From: the human T2T-CHM13v2.0 reference genome, Homo sapiens
DNA: 64,000 nucleotides
Direction: 5' to 3' (one strand)
Assembly: GCF_009914755.1 (NCBI RefSeq)
Contig: NC_060933.1
The notes under the pieces are model-generated. The model saw only the letters and a list, made by a program, of their open reading frames with translations, was not told where the DNA came from and searched no databases. Below are positions 14,111 through 26,289 of the stretch, piece after piece (position 1 is the stretch's first letter; each line of letters begins with the position of its first letter). A program made the position numbers and the translations under genes.

Positions 14111-17100
14111 ATCAGGTTGATTCCATTCCATTCCATTCCATTCCATTCCGTATGATTCCATTCCATTGCATTCCATTCCATTCCATTCCCCTGCACTCGG
14201 GTGGATTCCATTCTATTCCATTCCATTCCATTCCACTCTATTCCATTCCATTCCATTCCATTCCATTCCATTCCATTCCATTCCATTCTATTCGGGTTAA
14301 TTTCATTCCATTCCATTCCATTCCATTGCATTCCATTCCATTCCATTGAAATCGAGTTGATTCCATTTCATTCCATTCCATTCCATTCCATTCCATTCCA
14401 TTCCATTCCATTGCATTCTATTCCGGTTAATTCCATTCCATTCCATTCCATTCCATTCCCTTCCATTCCATTCCATTCCATTCTATTAGGGTTAATACCA
14501 TTCCATTCCATTCCATTACATTCCATTGCAATCGAGTTGATTCCATTCCATTCCATTCCATTCCATTCAATTCTGGATGATTGCATTCCATTGCCTTCCA
14601 TTCCATTCCATTCCCCTGCACTCGGGTTGATTCCATTCCATTCCTTTCCATTCCATTCCATTCCATTCCATTTCGTTTCATTCCGTTCTATTCCGTACCA
14701 TTCCATTCCATTCCATTCCATTTCATTCCATTCCATTCCATGCCATTCCACTCGGGTTGATTCCATTCCTTTCCATTCCATTCGACTTGAATCCATTCCA
14801 TTCCATTCCATTCCATTCGATTCCATTCCATTGCACACGGGTTAATTCCATTCCATTCCATTCCATTCCATTCCATTCCATTCCATTCCATTCCACTCGG
14901 GATGATTCCATTCCTTTCCATTCCATTCGGGTTAAAACCATTCCATTCCATTCCATTCCTTTCGATTCCATTCCATTCCATTACATTCGGATTGATTCTA
15001 TTCAATTCCCTTACACTCCATTACATTCCATTCCATTCGGGTTGTTTCCATTCCATTCCATTCCATTCCACTCCATTCCATTGCAATCGTGTTGATTCCA
15101 TTCCATTCCATTCCATTCCATTCCGTTCCATTCCATTCCATTCCATTCTGTTCAGGTTAATTCCATTCCATTCCATTCCCTTCCATTCCATTCCGTTCCA
15201 TTCCATTCCATCCAATTGCAATCGAGTTGATTCCATTGCATTCCATTCCATTCCATTCCATTCCATTGCATTCCATTCCATTAGATTCCATTCCATTGCA
15301 TTCCATTTCATTCCATTCCCCTGCACTCAGATTGATTCCATTCCATCCCATTCCATTCCATTCCGTTCCATTCCATTCCATTCCATTATATTCGCGTTAA
15401 TTCCATTCCATTCCATTACATTCCATTGCAATCGATTTGATTCCATTCCATTCCGTTACATTCCATTCCATTCCATTCCATTTCTTTCCATTCCATTCCA
15501 TTCCGTACCATTCCATTCCATTCCATTCCATTCCATTCCATTCCATGCCATTCCACTCGGGTTGATTCTATTGCTTTCCATTCCATTTGGGTTGAATCCA
15601 ATCCATTCCATTCCATTCCATTCCATTCCATTCCATTGCACTAGGTTTGATTCCATTCCACTGCATTCCATTCCATTCCATTCTGTTCCATTCCATTCCA
15701 TTACATTCGGATTGATTGTATTCAATTCCTTACACTCCTTTACATTCCATTCCATTCGGGTTGTTTCCATTCCATTCCATTCCATTCCATTCCATTCCAT
15801 TGCACTCAGGTTGATTCCATTCCATTCCATTCCATTCCATTCCATTCCATTCCATTCCATTTCGTTCCATTCCATTCTATTCCGTACCATTCCATTCCAC
15901 TCCATTCCATTCCATTCCATGCCATTCCACTCGGGTTTATTCCATTCCTTTCCATTCCATTCGGGTTGAATCCATTCCATTCCATTCCATTCCATTCCAT
16001 TCCATTCCATTCCATTCCATTGCACTCGGGTTGATTCCATTCCATTCCCTGCCGTTCCATTTCAGTCCATTCCATTCCATTCCATTGCATTCCATTCCAT
16101 TCCGTTCCATTCCATTCCATTACATTCGGATTGATTGTATTCAATTCCCTTACACTCCATTACATTCCATTCCATTCGTGTTGTTTCCGTTCCATTACAT
16201 TCCCTTCCACTCCATTCCATTGCACTCAGGTTGATTCCATTCCATTCCATTCCATTCCATTCCATTCCATTCCATTCCATTCCATTCCATTTCGTTCCAT
16301 TCCATTCTATTCCCTACCATTCCATTCCATTCCATTCCATTCCATGCCAATCCACTCGGGTTTATTCCATTCCTTTCCATTCCATTCGGGTTGAATCCAT
16401 TCCATTCCATTCCATTCCATTCCATTCCATTCCATTCCATTCCCCTGCAATCGGGTGGATTCCATTCTATTCCATTCCATTCCTTTCCATTCCATTCCTT
16501 TCCATTCCATTTCCTTCCATTCCATTCTATTCCGTACCATTCCTTTCCATTCCATTCCATTCCATTCCATGCCATGCCATTCCACTCGGGTTGATTCCAT
16601 TCCTTTCCATTCCATTCTAGTTGAATCCATTCCATTGCATTCCATTCCATTCGATTCCATTCAATTGCACACGGGTTCATTCCATTCCATTCCATTCCAT
16701 TCCATTCCATTCCATTCCATTTCGTTCCATTCCATTCTATTCCGTACCATTCCCTTCCATTCAATTCCATTCCACTCCATTCCATGCCATTCCACTCGGG
16801 TTTATTCCATTCCCTTCCATTCCATTCGGGTTGAATCCATTCCATTCCATTCCATTCCATTCCATTCCATTCCATGCCATTCCACTCGGGTTGATTCCAT
16901 TCTTTTCCATTCCATTCGAGTTGAACCCATTCCATTCCATTCCATTCCATTCCATTCCATTCCACTCGGGTTGATTCCATTCCTTTCCATTCCATTCGGG
17001 TTGAAACCATTCCATTCCATTCCATTCCTTTCGATTCCATTCCATTTCACTCGGGTTGATCCCATTCCATTGCATTCCATTCCATTCCATTGCATTCCAT

Positions 17101-18970
17101 TCCGTTCCATTCTATTCCATTACATTCGTATTGATTCTATTCAATTCCCTTACTCTCCATTACATTCCATTCCATTCGGGTTGTTTCCATTCCATTCCAT
17201 TCCATTCGACTCCATTCCATTGCAATCGGGTTGATTCCATTCCATTCCATTGCATTCCATTCCATTTCATTCCATTCCATTCCATTCCATTCCATTCCGT
17301 ATGATTCCATTCCATTGCATTCCTTTCCATTCCATTCCACTGCACTCGGTTGGATTCCATTCTATTCCATTCCATTCCATTCCATTCCATTCCATTCCAT
17401 TCCATTCTATTCGGGTTAATTTCATTCCATTCCCTTCCCTTCCATTCCATTCCATTCCATTCCATTGAAATCGAGTTGATTCCATTCCATTCCATTCCAT
17501 TCCATTCCATTCCATTCCATTCTATTCGTGTTAATTCCATTCCATTCCATTCCATTCCATTCCCTTCCATTCCATTCCATTCCATTCCATTCCATTCCAT
17601 TCCATTCCATTCCATTCTATTAGGGTTAATTCCATTCCATTCCATTCCATTCCATTCCATTCCATTCCATTCCATTCCACTCCATTCCATGCCATTCCAC
17701 TCGGGATTATTCCATTCCTTTCCATTCCATTCGGGTTGAGTCCATTCCATTCCATTCCATTCCATTCCATTCCATGCCATTGCACTCGGGTTGATTCCAT
17801 TCCTTTCCATTCCATTCGAATTGAACCCATTCCATTCCCTTCCATTCCATTCCATTCCATTCCATTCCATTGCTCACGGGTTCATTCCATTCCATTCCAT
17901 TCCATTTCGTTCCATTCCATTCTACTCCGTACCATTCCATTCCATTCCATTCCCTTCCATGCCATTTCACTCGGGTTTATTCCATTCCTTTCCATTCCAT
18001 TCGGGTTGAATCCATTCCATTCCATTCCATTCCATTCCATTGCGCTCGGGTTGATTCCATTCCATTCTATGCCATTCCATTTCATTCCATTCCATTCCAT
18101 TCCATTCCTTTCCATTCCTTTCCTTTCAATTCCATTCCATTACATTCGGATTGATTCTTTTTAATTCCCTTAAACTCCATTACATTCCATTCCATTCGGG
18201 TACTTTCCATTCTATTCCATTCCATTCCACTGCATTCTATTGCACTCGGGTTGATTGATTCCATTAGATTGCATTCCATTCCATTCCATTCCCCTGCACT
18301 CGGGTTGATCCCATTCCATTGCATTCCATTCCATTCCGTTCCATTCCATTCCATTCCATTCTGTTCAGGTTAATTCCATTCCATTCCATTCCATTCCATT
18401 CCATTCCATTCCATCCCATTGCAATCTAGTTGATTCCATTGCATTCCATTCCATTCCATTCCATTCCATTGCATTCCATTCCATTCCATTCCCCTGCACT
18501 CAGATTGATTCCATTCCATCCCATTCCATTCCATTCCGTTCCATTACATTCCATTCCATTCTATTCGCGTTAATTCCATTCCATTCCATTCCATTACATT
18601 CCATTGCAATCGAGTTGATTCCATTCCATTCCGTTCCATTCCATTCCATTCCATTCCATTTCGTTCCATTCCATTCTATTCTGTACCATTCCATTCCATT
18701 CCATTCCATTCCATTCCATTCCATTCCATGCCATTCCACTCGGGTTGATTCCATTGCTTTCCATTCCATTTGGGTTGAATCCAATCCATTCCATTCCATT
18801 CCATTCCATTCCATTTCATTCCATTGCCCTAGGTTTGATTCCATTCCGCTGCATTCCATTCCATTCCATTCCGTTCCATTCCATTCCATTACATTCGGAT
18901 TGATTGTATTCAATTCCCTTACACTCCAATACATTCCATTCCATTCGGGTTGTTTCCATTCCATTCCATT

Positions 18971-18972
18971 CC
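18971..18972. other. Inversion breakpoint (strand switch) within the HSat3 array
   Basis: Seen at 18951-18990: tgtttccattccattccatt-CC-gtgtgcaatggaatggaa. CC fits both the left pentamer (attcc) and the right module (gaacCCgtgtgcaatgg, intact copy at ~21375-21390). No foreign insertion. It is the only strand switch in the window. Confidence 0.95.
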
Positions 18973-19850
18973 GTGTGCAATGGAATGGAATGGAATGGAA
19001 TGGAATGGAATGGAATGGGTTCAACTAGAATGGAATGGAAAGGAATGGAATCAACCCGAGTGGAATGGCATGGAATGGAATGGAATGGAATGGAATGGAA
19101 AGCAAGGGAATGAAATGGAATGGAAGGGAATGGATTGAAATGGAATGGAATGGAATGGAATCAACCCGAGTGCAATGTAATGGAATTGAATGGAATGGAA
19201 TGGAATGCAATGGAATGAATTCAACCCGAATGGAATGGAAAGGAATGGAATAAACCCGAGTGGAATGGCATGGAATGGAGTGGAATGGAATGGAATGGAA
19301 TACTACGGAAGAGAATGGAATGGAACGAAATGGAATGGAATGGAATGCAATGGAATGGTATGGAATGAACACGTGAGCAATTGAATGGAATCGAATGGAA
19401 TAGAATGGAATGGAATGGATTCAACTCGAATGGAATGGAAAGGAATGGAATCAACCCGAGTGGAATGGCATGGAATGGAATGGAATGGAATGGAACGGAA
19501 TGGAATGGAATCTACTCGATTGCAAAGGAATGTAATGGAATGGAATGGAACGGAATTAACGCAAATAGAATGGAATGGAAAGGAATGGAACGTAATGGAA
19601 TGGAAAGAAATGGAATGGAATCAATCTGAGTGCAGGGGAATGCAATGGAATGGAATGCAATGGAATGGAATGGAATGGAATGCAATGGAATCACCTCGAT
19701 TGCAATGGGATGGAATGGAATGGAATGGAATGGAAGGGAATGGAATGGAATGGAATTAACCTGAACAGAATGGAATGGAATGGAATGGAATGGAATGGAA
19801 TGCAATGGAATGGAATCAATCAACCCGAGTGCAATAGAATGCAGTGGAAT
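18973..19850 (+). repeat. Direct copy of ~21381-22300 abutting the inversion breakpoint
   Basis: Shared private variants in the same order: gggttcaactagaa, ggattgaaatgg, tactacggaagaga (19301/~21739), aacacgtgagc, aacgcaaatag, tcacctcgattgcaatggg. Confidence 0.88.
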
Positions 19851-19859
19851 GGAATGGAA

Positions 19860-21100
19860 TGGAATGGAATGGAATGGAATGGAATGGAATGAAATGGAAT
19901 GGCAGGGAATGGAATGGAATCAACCCGAGTGCAAAGGAATGGAATGGAATGGAATGGAATGGAATGGAATGGAATGGATTCAACCCGAATGGAATGGAAA
20001 GGAATGGAATAAACCTGAGTGGAATCGCATGGAATGGAATGGAATGGAATGGAATGGAATGGAATGGTACGGAATAGAATGGAATGGAAAGTAATGGAAT
20101 GGAATGGAATGGAATGGAATGGAATCAACCTGAGTGCAATGGAATGGAGTGGAATGGAATGTAATGGAATGGAAACAACCCGAATGGAATGGAATGTAAT
20201 GGAGTGTAAGGGAATTGAATACAATCAATCCGAATGTAATGGAATGGAATGGAACGGAATGGAATGGAATGGAATGCAGTGGAATGGAATCAAACCTAGT
20301 GCAATGGAATGGAATGGAATGGAATGGAATGAAATGGAATGGAATGGAATGGAATGGAATGGAATGGAATGGATTGGATCCAACCCAAATGGAATGGAAA
20401 GCAATGGAATCAACCCGAGTGGAATGGCATGGAATGGAATGGAATGGAATGGAATGGAATGGAATGGTACAGAATAGAATGGAATGGAATGAAATGGAAT
20501 GGAATGGAATGGAATGGAACGGAATGGAATGGAATCAACTCGATTGCAATGGAATGTAATGGAATGGAATGGAATGGAATTAACGCGAATAGAATGGAAT
20601 GGAATGGAATGGAACGGAATGGAATGGAATGGGATGGAATGGAATCAATCTGAGTGCAGGGGAATGGAATGGAATGGAATGCAATGGAATGGAATGGAAT
20701 GGAATGGAATGCAATGGAATCAACTAGATTGCAATGGGATGGAATGGAATGGAATGGAATGGAAGGGAATGGAATGGAATGGAATTAACCTGAACAGAAT
20801 GGAATGGAATGGAATGGAACGGAAAGGAAGGGAATGGAATGGAATGGAATTAAGCTGAAGAGAATGGAATGGAATGGAATGGAACGGAATGGAATGGAAT
20901 GGAATGGAATGGAATGCAATGGAATGGGATCAACCCGAGTGCAGGGGAATGGAATGGAATGGAATGCAATGGAATGGAATCAATCAACCCGAGTGCAATA
21001 GAATGCAGTGGAATGGAATGGAATGGAATGGAAAGTACCCGAATGGAAAGGAATGTAATGGAGTGTAAGGGAATTAAAAAGAATCAATCCGAATGTAATG
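19860..21100 (+). repeat. Direct copy of ~24900-26110 (offset ~5.0 kb)
   Basis: Shared ggcagggaatgg, gagtgcaaagg, ggattggatccaacccaa (20371/~25369), ggtacagaat, a doubled aattaacctgaacag module, and gaaagtacccg. Confidence 0.85.
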
Positions 21101-24100
21101 GAATGGAAGGGAACGGAATGGAATGGAATGGAATGGAATGGAGTGGAATGGAATGAAATGGAATGGCATGGAATGGAATGGAATCAACCTGAGTTCAATG
21201 AAATGGAATGGAATGGAATGGAATGGATTCAACCCGAATGGAATGGAAAGGAATGGAATAAACCCGAGTGAAATGGCATGGAAGGGAATGGAATGGAATG
21301 GAATGGTAAGGAATAGAATGGAATGGAACGAAATGGAATGGAATGGAATGGAATGGAATGGAATGGAATGGAATGAACCCGTGTGCAATGGAATGGAATG
21401 GAATGGAATGGAATGGAATGGAATGGAATGGAATGGGTTCAACTAGAATGGAATGGAAAGGAATGGAATCAAACCGAGTGGAATGGCATGGGATGGAATG
21501 GAAAGGAATGGAATGGAATGGAATGGAATGGAATGGAATGGAATGAAATGGAATGGAAGGGAATGGATTGAAATGGAATGGAATGGAATGGAATCAACCC
21601 GAGTGCAATGTAATGGAATTGAATGGAATGGAATGGAATGGAATGGAATGGAATGAATTCAACCCGAATGGAATGGAAAGGAATGGAATAAACCCGAGTG
21701 GAATGGCATGGAATGGATTGGAATGGAATGGAATGGAATACTACGGAAGAGAATGGAATGGAACGAAATGGAATGGAATGGAATGGAATGAACACGTGAG
21801 CAATGGAATGGAATGGAATGGAATGGAATGGAATGGAATGGAATGGATTCAACTCGAATGGTATGGAAAGGAATGGAATCAACCCGAGTGGAATGGCATG
21901 GAATGGAATGGAATGGAATGGAATGGAACGGAATGGAATGGAATCAACTCGATTGCAAAGGAATGTAATGGAATGGAATGGAACGGAATTAACGCAAATA
22001 GAATGGAATGGAAAGGAATGGAAAGGAATGGAATGGAAAGGAATGGAATGGAATCAATCTGAGTGCAGGGGAATGGAATGGAATGGAGTGCAATGGAATG
22101 GAATGGAATGGAATGCAATGGAATCACCTCGATTGCAATGGGATGGAATGGAATGGAATGGAATGGAAGGGAACGGAATGGAATGGAATTAACCTGAACA
22201 GAATGGAATGGAATGGTATGGAATGGAATGGAATGGAATGGAATGGAATGCAATGGAATGGAATCAATCAACGCGAGTGCAATAGAATGCAGTGGAATGG
22301 AATGGAATGGAATGGAAAGTACCCGAATGGAATGGAATGGAATGGAGTGTAAGGGAATTAAAAAGAATCAATCCGAATGTAATGGAATGGAATTGAAAGG
22401 AAAGGAATGGAATGGAATGGAATGGAATTGAATGGAATGGAATGGAATGGAATGAAATGGAATGGCATAGAATGGAATGGAATCAACCCGAGCGCAATGG
22501 AATGGAATGGAATGGAATGGAATGGAATGGAATGGATTCAACCCGAATGGAATGGAAAGGAATGGAATAAACCCGAGTGAAATGGCATGGAAGGGAATGG
22601 AATGGAATGGAATGGTACGGAGTAGAATGGAATGGAACGAAATGGAATGGAATGGAATGGAATGGAATGGAATGGAATGAACCCGTGAGCAATTGAATGG
22701 AATGGAATGGAATGGAATGGAATGGAATGGAATGGAATGGGATCAATTCGAATGGAATGGAAAGGAATGGAATCAACCCGAGTGCAAATGGCATGGAATG
22801 GAATGGAATGGAATGGAATGGAATGGAATGGAATGGAATGGATTCAACCCAAATGGAATGGAAAGGAATGGAATAAACCCGAGTGGAATGGCATGGAATG
22901 GAGTGGAATGGAATGGAATGGAATGGAATGGAATGGAATGGAATGGAATTAACCCTAATAGAATGGAATGGAATGGAATGGAATGGAATAGAAGGGAATG
23001 GAATGGAATGGAATGGAATGGAATTAACCCGAATAGAATGGAATGGAATGGAATGGAATGGAATGGAATGCAATGGAATCAACTCGATTTCAATGGAATG
23101 GAATGGAATGGAATGGAATGGAAGGGAATGGAATGGAATGGAATGAAATTAACCCGAATAGAATGGAATGGAATGGAATGGAATGGAATGGAATGGAATG
23201 GAATGGAATGGAATAGAATGTAATCCAACCGAGTGCAGGGGAATGGAATGGAATGGAATGCAATGGAATGGAATCATACGGAATGGAATGGAATGGAATG
23301 GAATGCAATGGAATGGAATGGAATCAACCCGATTGCAATGGAATGGAGTGGAATGGAATGGAATGGAATGGAAACAACCCGAATGGAATGGAATGGAAAG
23401 GAATCGAATGGAATCAACCTGAGTGCAGGGGAATGGAATGGAATGGAATGCAATGGAATGTAATGGAATGGAATGCAATGGAATCAATCCGAGTGCAAAG
23501 TAATGGAATCGAATGGAATGGAATGGAATGGAATGGATTCAACCCGAATGGAATGGAAAGGAATGGAATAAACCCGAGTGGAATGGCATGGAGTGAAGTG
23601 GAATGGAATGGAATGGAAAGGTACGGAATAGAATGGAATGGAACGAAATTGAATGGAATGGGATGGAATGGAATGGAATGGAATGCAATGGAATAGAATG
23701 GAATCCACCCGATTACAGGGGAATGGAATGGAATGGAATGCAAAGGAATGGAATGGAATGGATTCAACCCGAATGGATTGGAAAGGAAAGGAATAATCCC
23801 GAGTGAAATGGCATGGAAGGGAATGGAATGGAATGGAATGGTACGGAGTAGAATGGAATGGAACGAAATGGAATGGAATGGAATGGAATGGAATGGAATG
23901 AACCCGTGAGCAATGGAATGGAATGGAATGGAATGGAATGGAATGGAATTTGTTCAACTCGAATGGAATGGAAAGGAATGGAATCAACCCGAGTGGAATG
24001 GCATGGAATGGAATGGAATGGAATGGAATGGAATGGAATGGAATGAACCCGTGAGCAATGGAATGGAATGGAATGGAATGGAATGGAATGGAATTTGTTC

Positions 24101-26289
24101 AACTCGAATGGAATGGAAAGGAATGGAATCAACCCGAGTGGAATGGCATGGAATGGAATGGAATGGAATGGAATGGAATGGAATGGAATGGATTCAACCC
24201 GAATGGAATGGAAAGGAATGGAATAAACCCGAGTGGAATGGCATGGAACGGAGTGGAATGGAATGGAATGGAAGGGAATGGTACGGAATAGAATGGAATG
24301 GAACGAAATGGAATGGAATGGAACGGAATGGAATGGAATGGAATGGAATGGAATGAACCCGTGTGCAATTAAATGGAATCGAATGGAATGGAATGCAATG
24401 GAATGGATTCAACTAGAATGGAATGGAAAGGAATGGAATCAACCCGAGTGGAATGGCATGGTATGGAATGGAATGGAATGGAATGGAATGGAAAGGTACG
24501 GAATAGAATGGAATGGAACGAAATGGAATGGAATGGAATGGAATGAATGGAATGGAATGGAATAGAATGGAATCCACCCGATTGCAGGGGAATGGAATGG
24601 AACGGAATGCAATGGAATGGAATGGAATGGATTCAACCCGAATGGAATGGAAAGGAATGGAATCAACCCGAGTGGAATGGCATGGAATGGAATGGAATGG
24701 AATGGAATAGTACGGAATAGAATGGAATGGAACCAAATGGAATGGAATGGAATCAACCTGAGTGCAATGGAATGGAGTGGAATGGAATGTAATGGAACGG
24801 AAACAACCCGAATGGAATGGAATGTAATGGAGTTTAAGGGAATTGAATACAATCAATCCGAATGTAATGGAATGGAATGGAACGGAATGGAATGGAATGG
24901 AATGGAATGGAATGGAATGGAATGAAATGGAATGGCAGGGAATGGAATGGAATCAACCCGAGTGCAAAGGAATGGAATGGAATGGAATGAAAGGGAATGG
25001 AATGGAATGGATTCAACCCGAATGGAATGGAAAGGAATGTAATAAACCTGAGTGGAATGGCATGGAATGGAATGGAATGGAATGGAATGGTACGGAATAG
25101 AATGGAATGGAACGAAATGGAATGGAATGGAATGGAATGGAATGGAATCAACCTGAGTGCAATGGAATGGAGTGGAATGGAATGAAATGGAATGGAAACA
25201 ACCCGAATGGAATGGAATGTAATGGAGTGTAAGGGAATTGAATACAATCAATCCGAATGTAATGGAATGGAATGGAACGGAATGGAATGGAATGGAATGC
25301 CGTGGAATGTCATCAAACCTAGTGCAATGGAATGGAATGGAATGGAATGGAATGGAATGGAATGGAATGGATTGGATCCAACCCAAATGGAATGGAAAGC
25401 AATGGAATCAACCCGAGTGGAATGGCATGGAATGGAATGGAATGGAATGTAATGGAATGGAATGGTACAGAATAAAATGGAATGGAACGAAATGGAATGG
25501 AATGGAATGGAATGGAACGGAATGGAATGGAATCAACTCGATTGCAATGGAATGTAATGTAATGGAATGGAATGGAATTAACGCGAATAGAATGGAATGG
25601 AATGTAATGGAACGGAATGGAATGGAATGGGATGGAATGGAATCAATCTGAGTGCAGGTGAATGGAATGGAATGGAATGCAATGGAATGGAATGGAATGG
25701 AATGGAATGCAATGGAATCAACTAGATTGCAATGTGATGGAAAGGAATGGAATGGAATGGAAGGGAATGGAATGGAATGGAATTAACCTGAACAGAATGG
25801 AATGGAATGGAATGGAACGGAATGGAAAGGAATGGAATGGAATGGAATTAACCTGAACAGAATGGAATGGAATGGAATGGAACGGAATGGAATGGAATGG
25901 AATGGAATGGAATGGAATGGAATGCAATGAAATGGGATCAACCCGAGTGCAGGGGAATGGAATGGAATGGAATGTAATGGAATGGAATCAATGAACCCGA
26001 GTGCAATAGAATGCAGTGGAATGGAATGGAATGGAATGGAAAGTACCCGAATGGAATGGAATGGAATGGAGTGTAAGGGAATTAAAAAGAATCAATCCGA
26101 ATGTAATGGAATGGAATGGAACGGAATGGAATGGAATGGAATGGAATGGAATGGAATGGAATGGAATGGAATCAACTCGATTGCAATGGAATGGAGTGGA
26201 ATGGAATGGAATGGAATGGAATGGAATTAACCCGAATAGAATGGAATGGAATGGAATGGAATGGAATGGAATGGAATGGAATGGAATGT

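Larger units (their letters stand above)
1..18972 (-). repeat. Satellite III (HSat3) array block, CATTC on + strand (GGAAT strand is minus)
   Basis: Seen: uninterrupted (CATTC)n with in-register ACTCGGGTTG/ATTCGGGTTG decamers every ~50-100 bp (e.g. tgcactcgggttgattcc near 851). Established: CAACCCGA(G/A)T(GGAAT)n is the classical Satellite III consensus. The CATTCGATTC dimer typical of HSat2 is rare here. The block runs off the left edge. Confidence 0.97.

Noticed and set aside
18940-19000. Transposon insertion, TIR or TSD as the cause of the strand switch
   Set aside because: No non-satellite bases, poly(A) tail or target-site duplication; both sides are ordinary array modules.
18500-19138. 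Chimeric ORFs switching from IPFHS to MEWNG (18615-19028, 18500-19024)
   Set aside because: A direct by-product of reading through the inversion junction.
19630-19640. G-quadruplex potential from gcagggg modules
   Set aside because: G-runs of 3 or more are mostly isolated and far apart, so no canonical four-tract G4 motif was seen.
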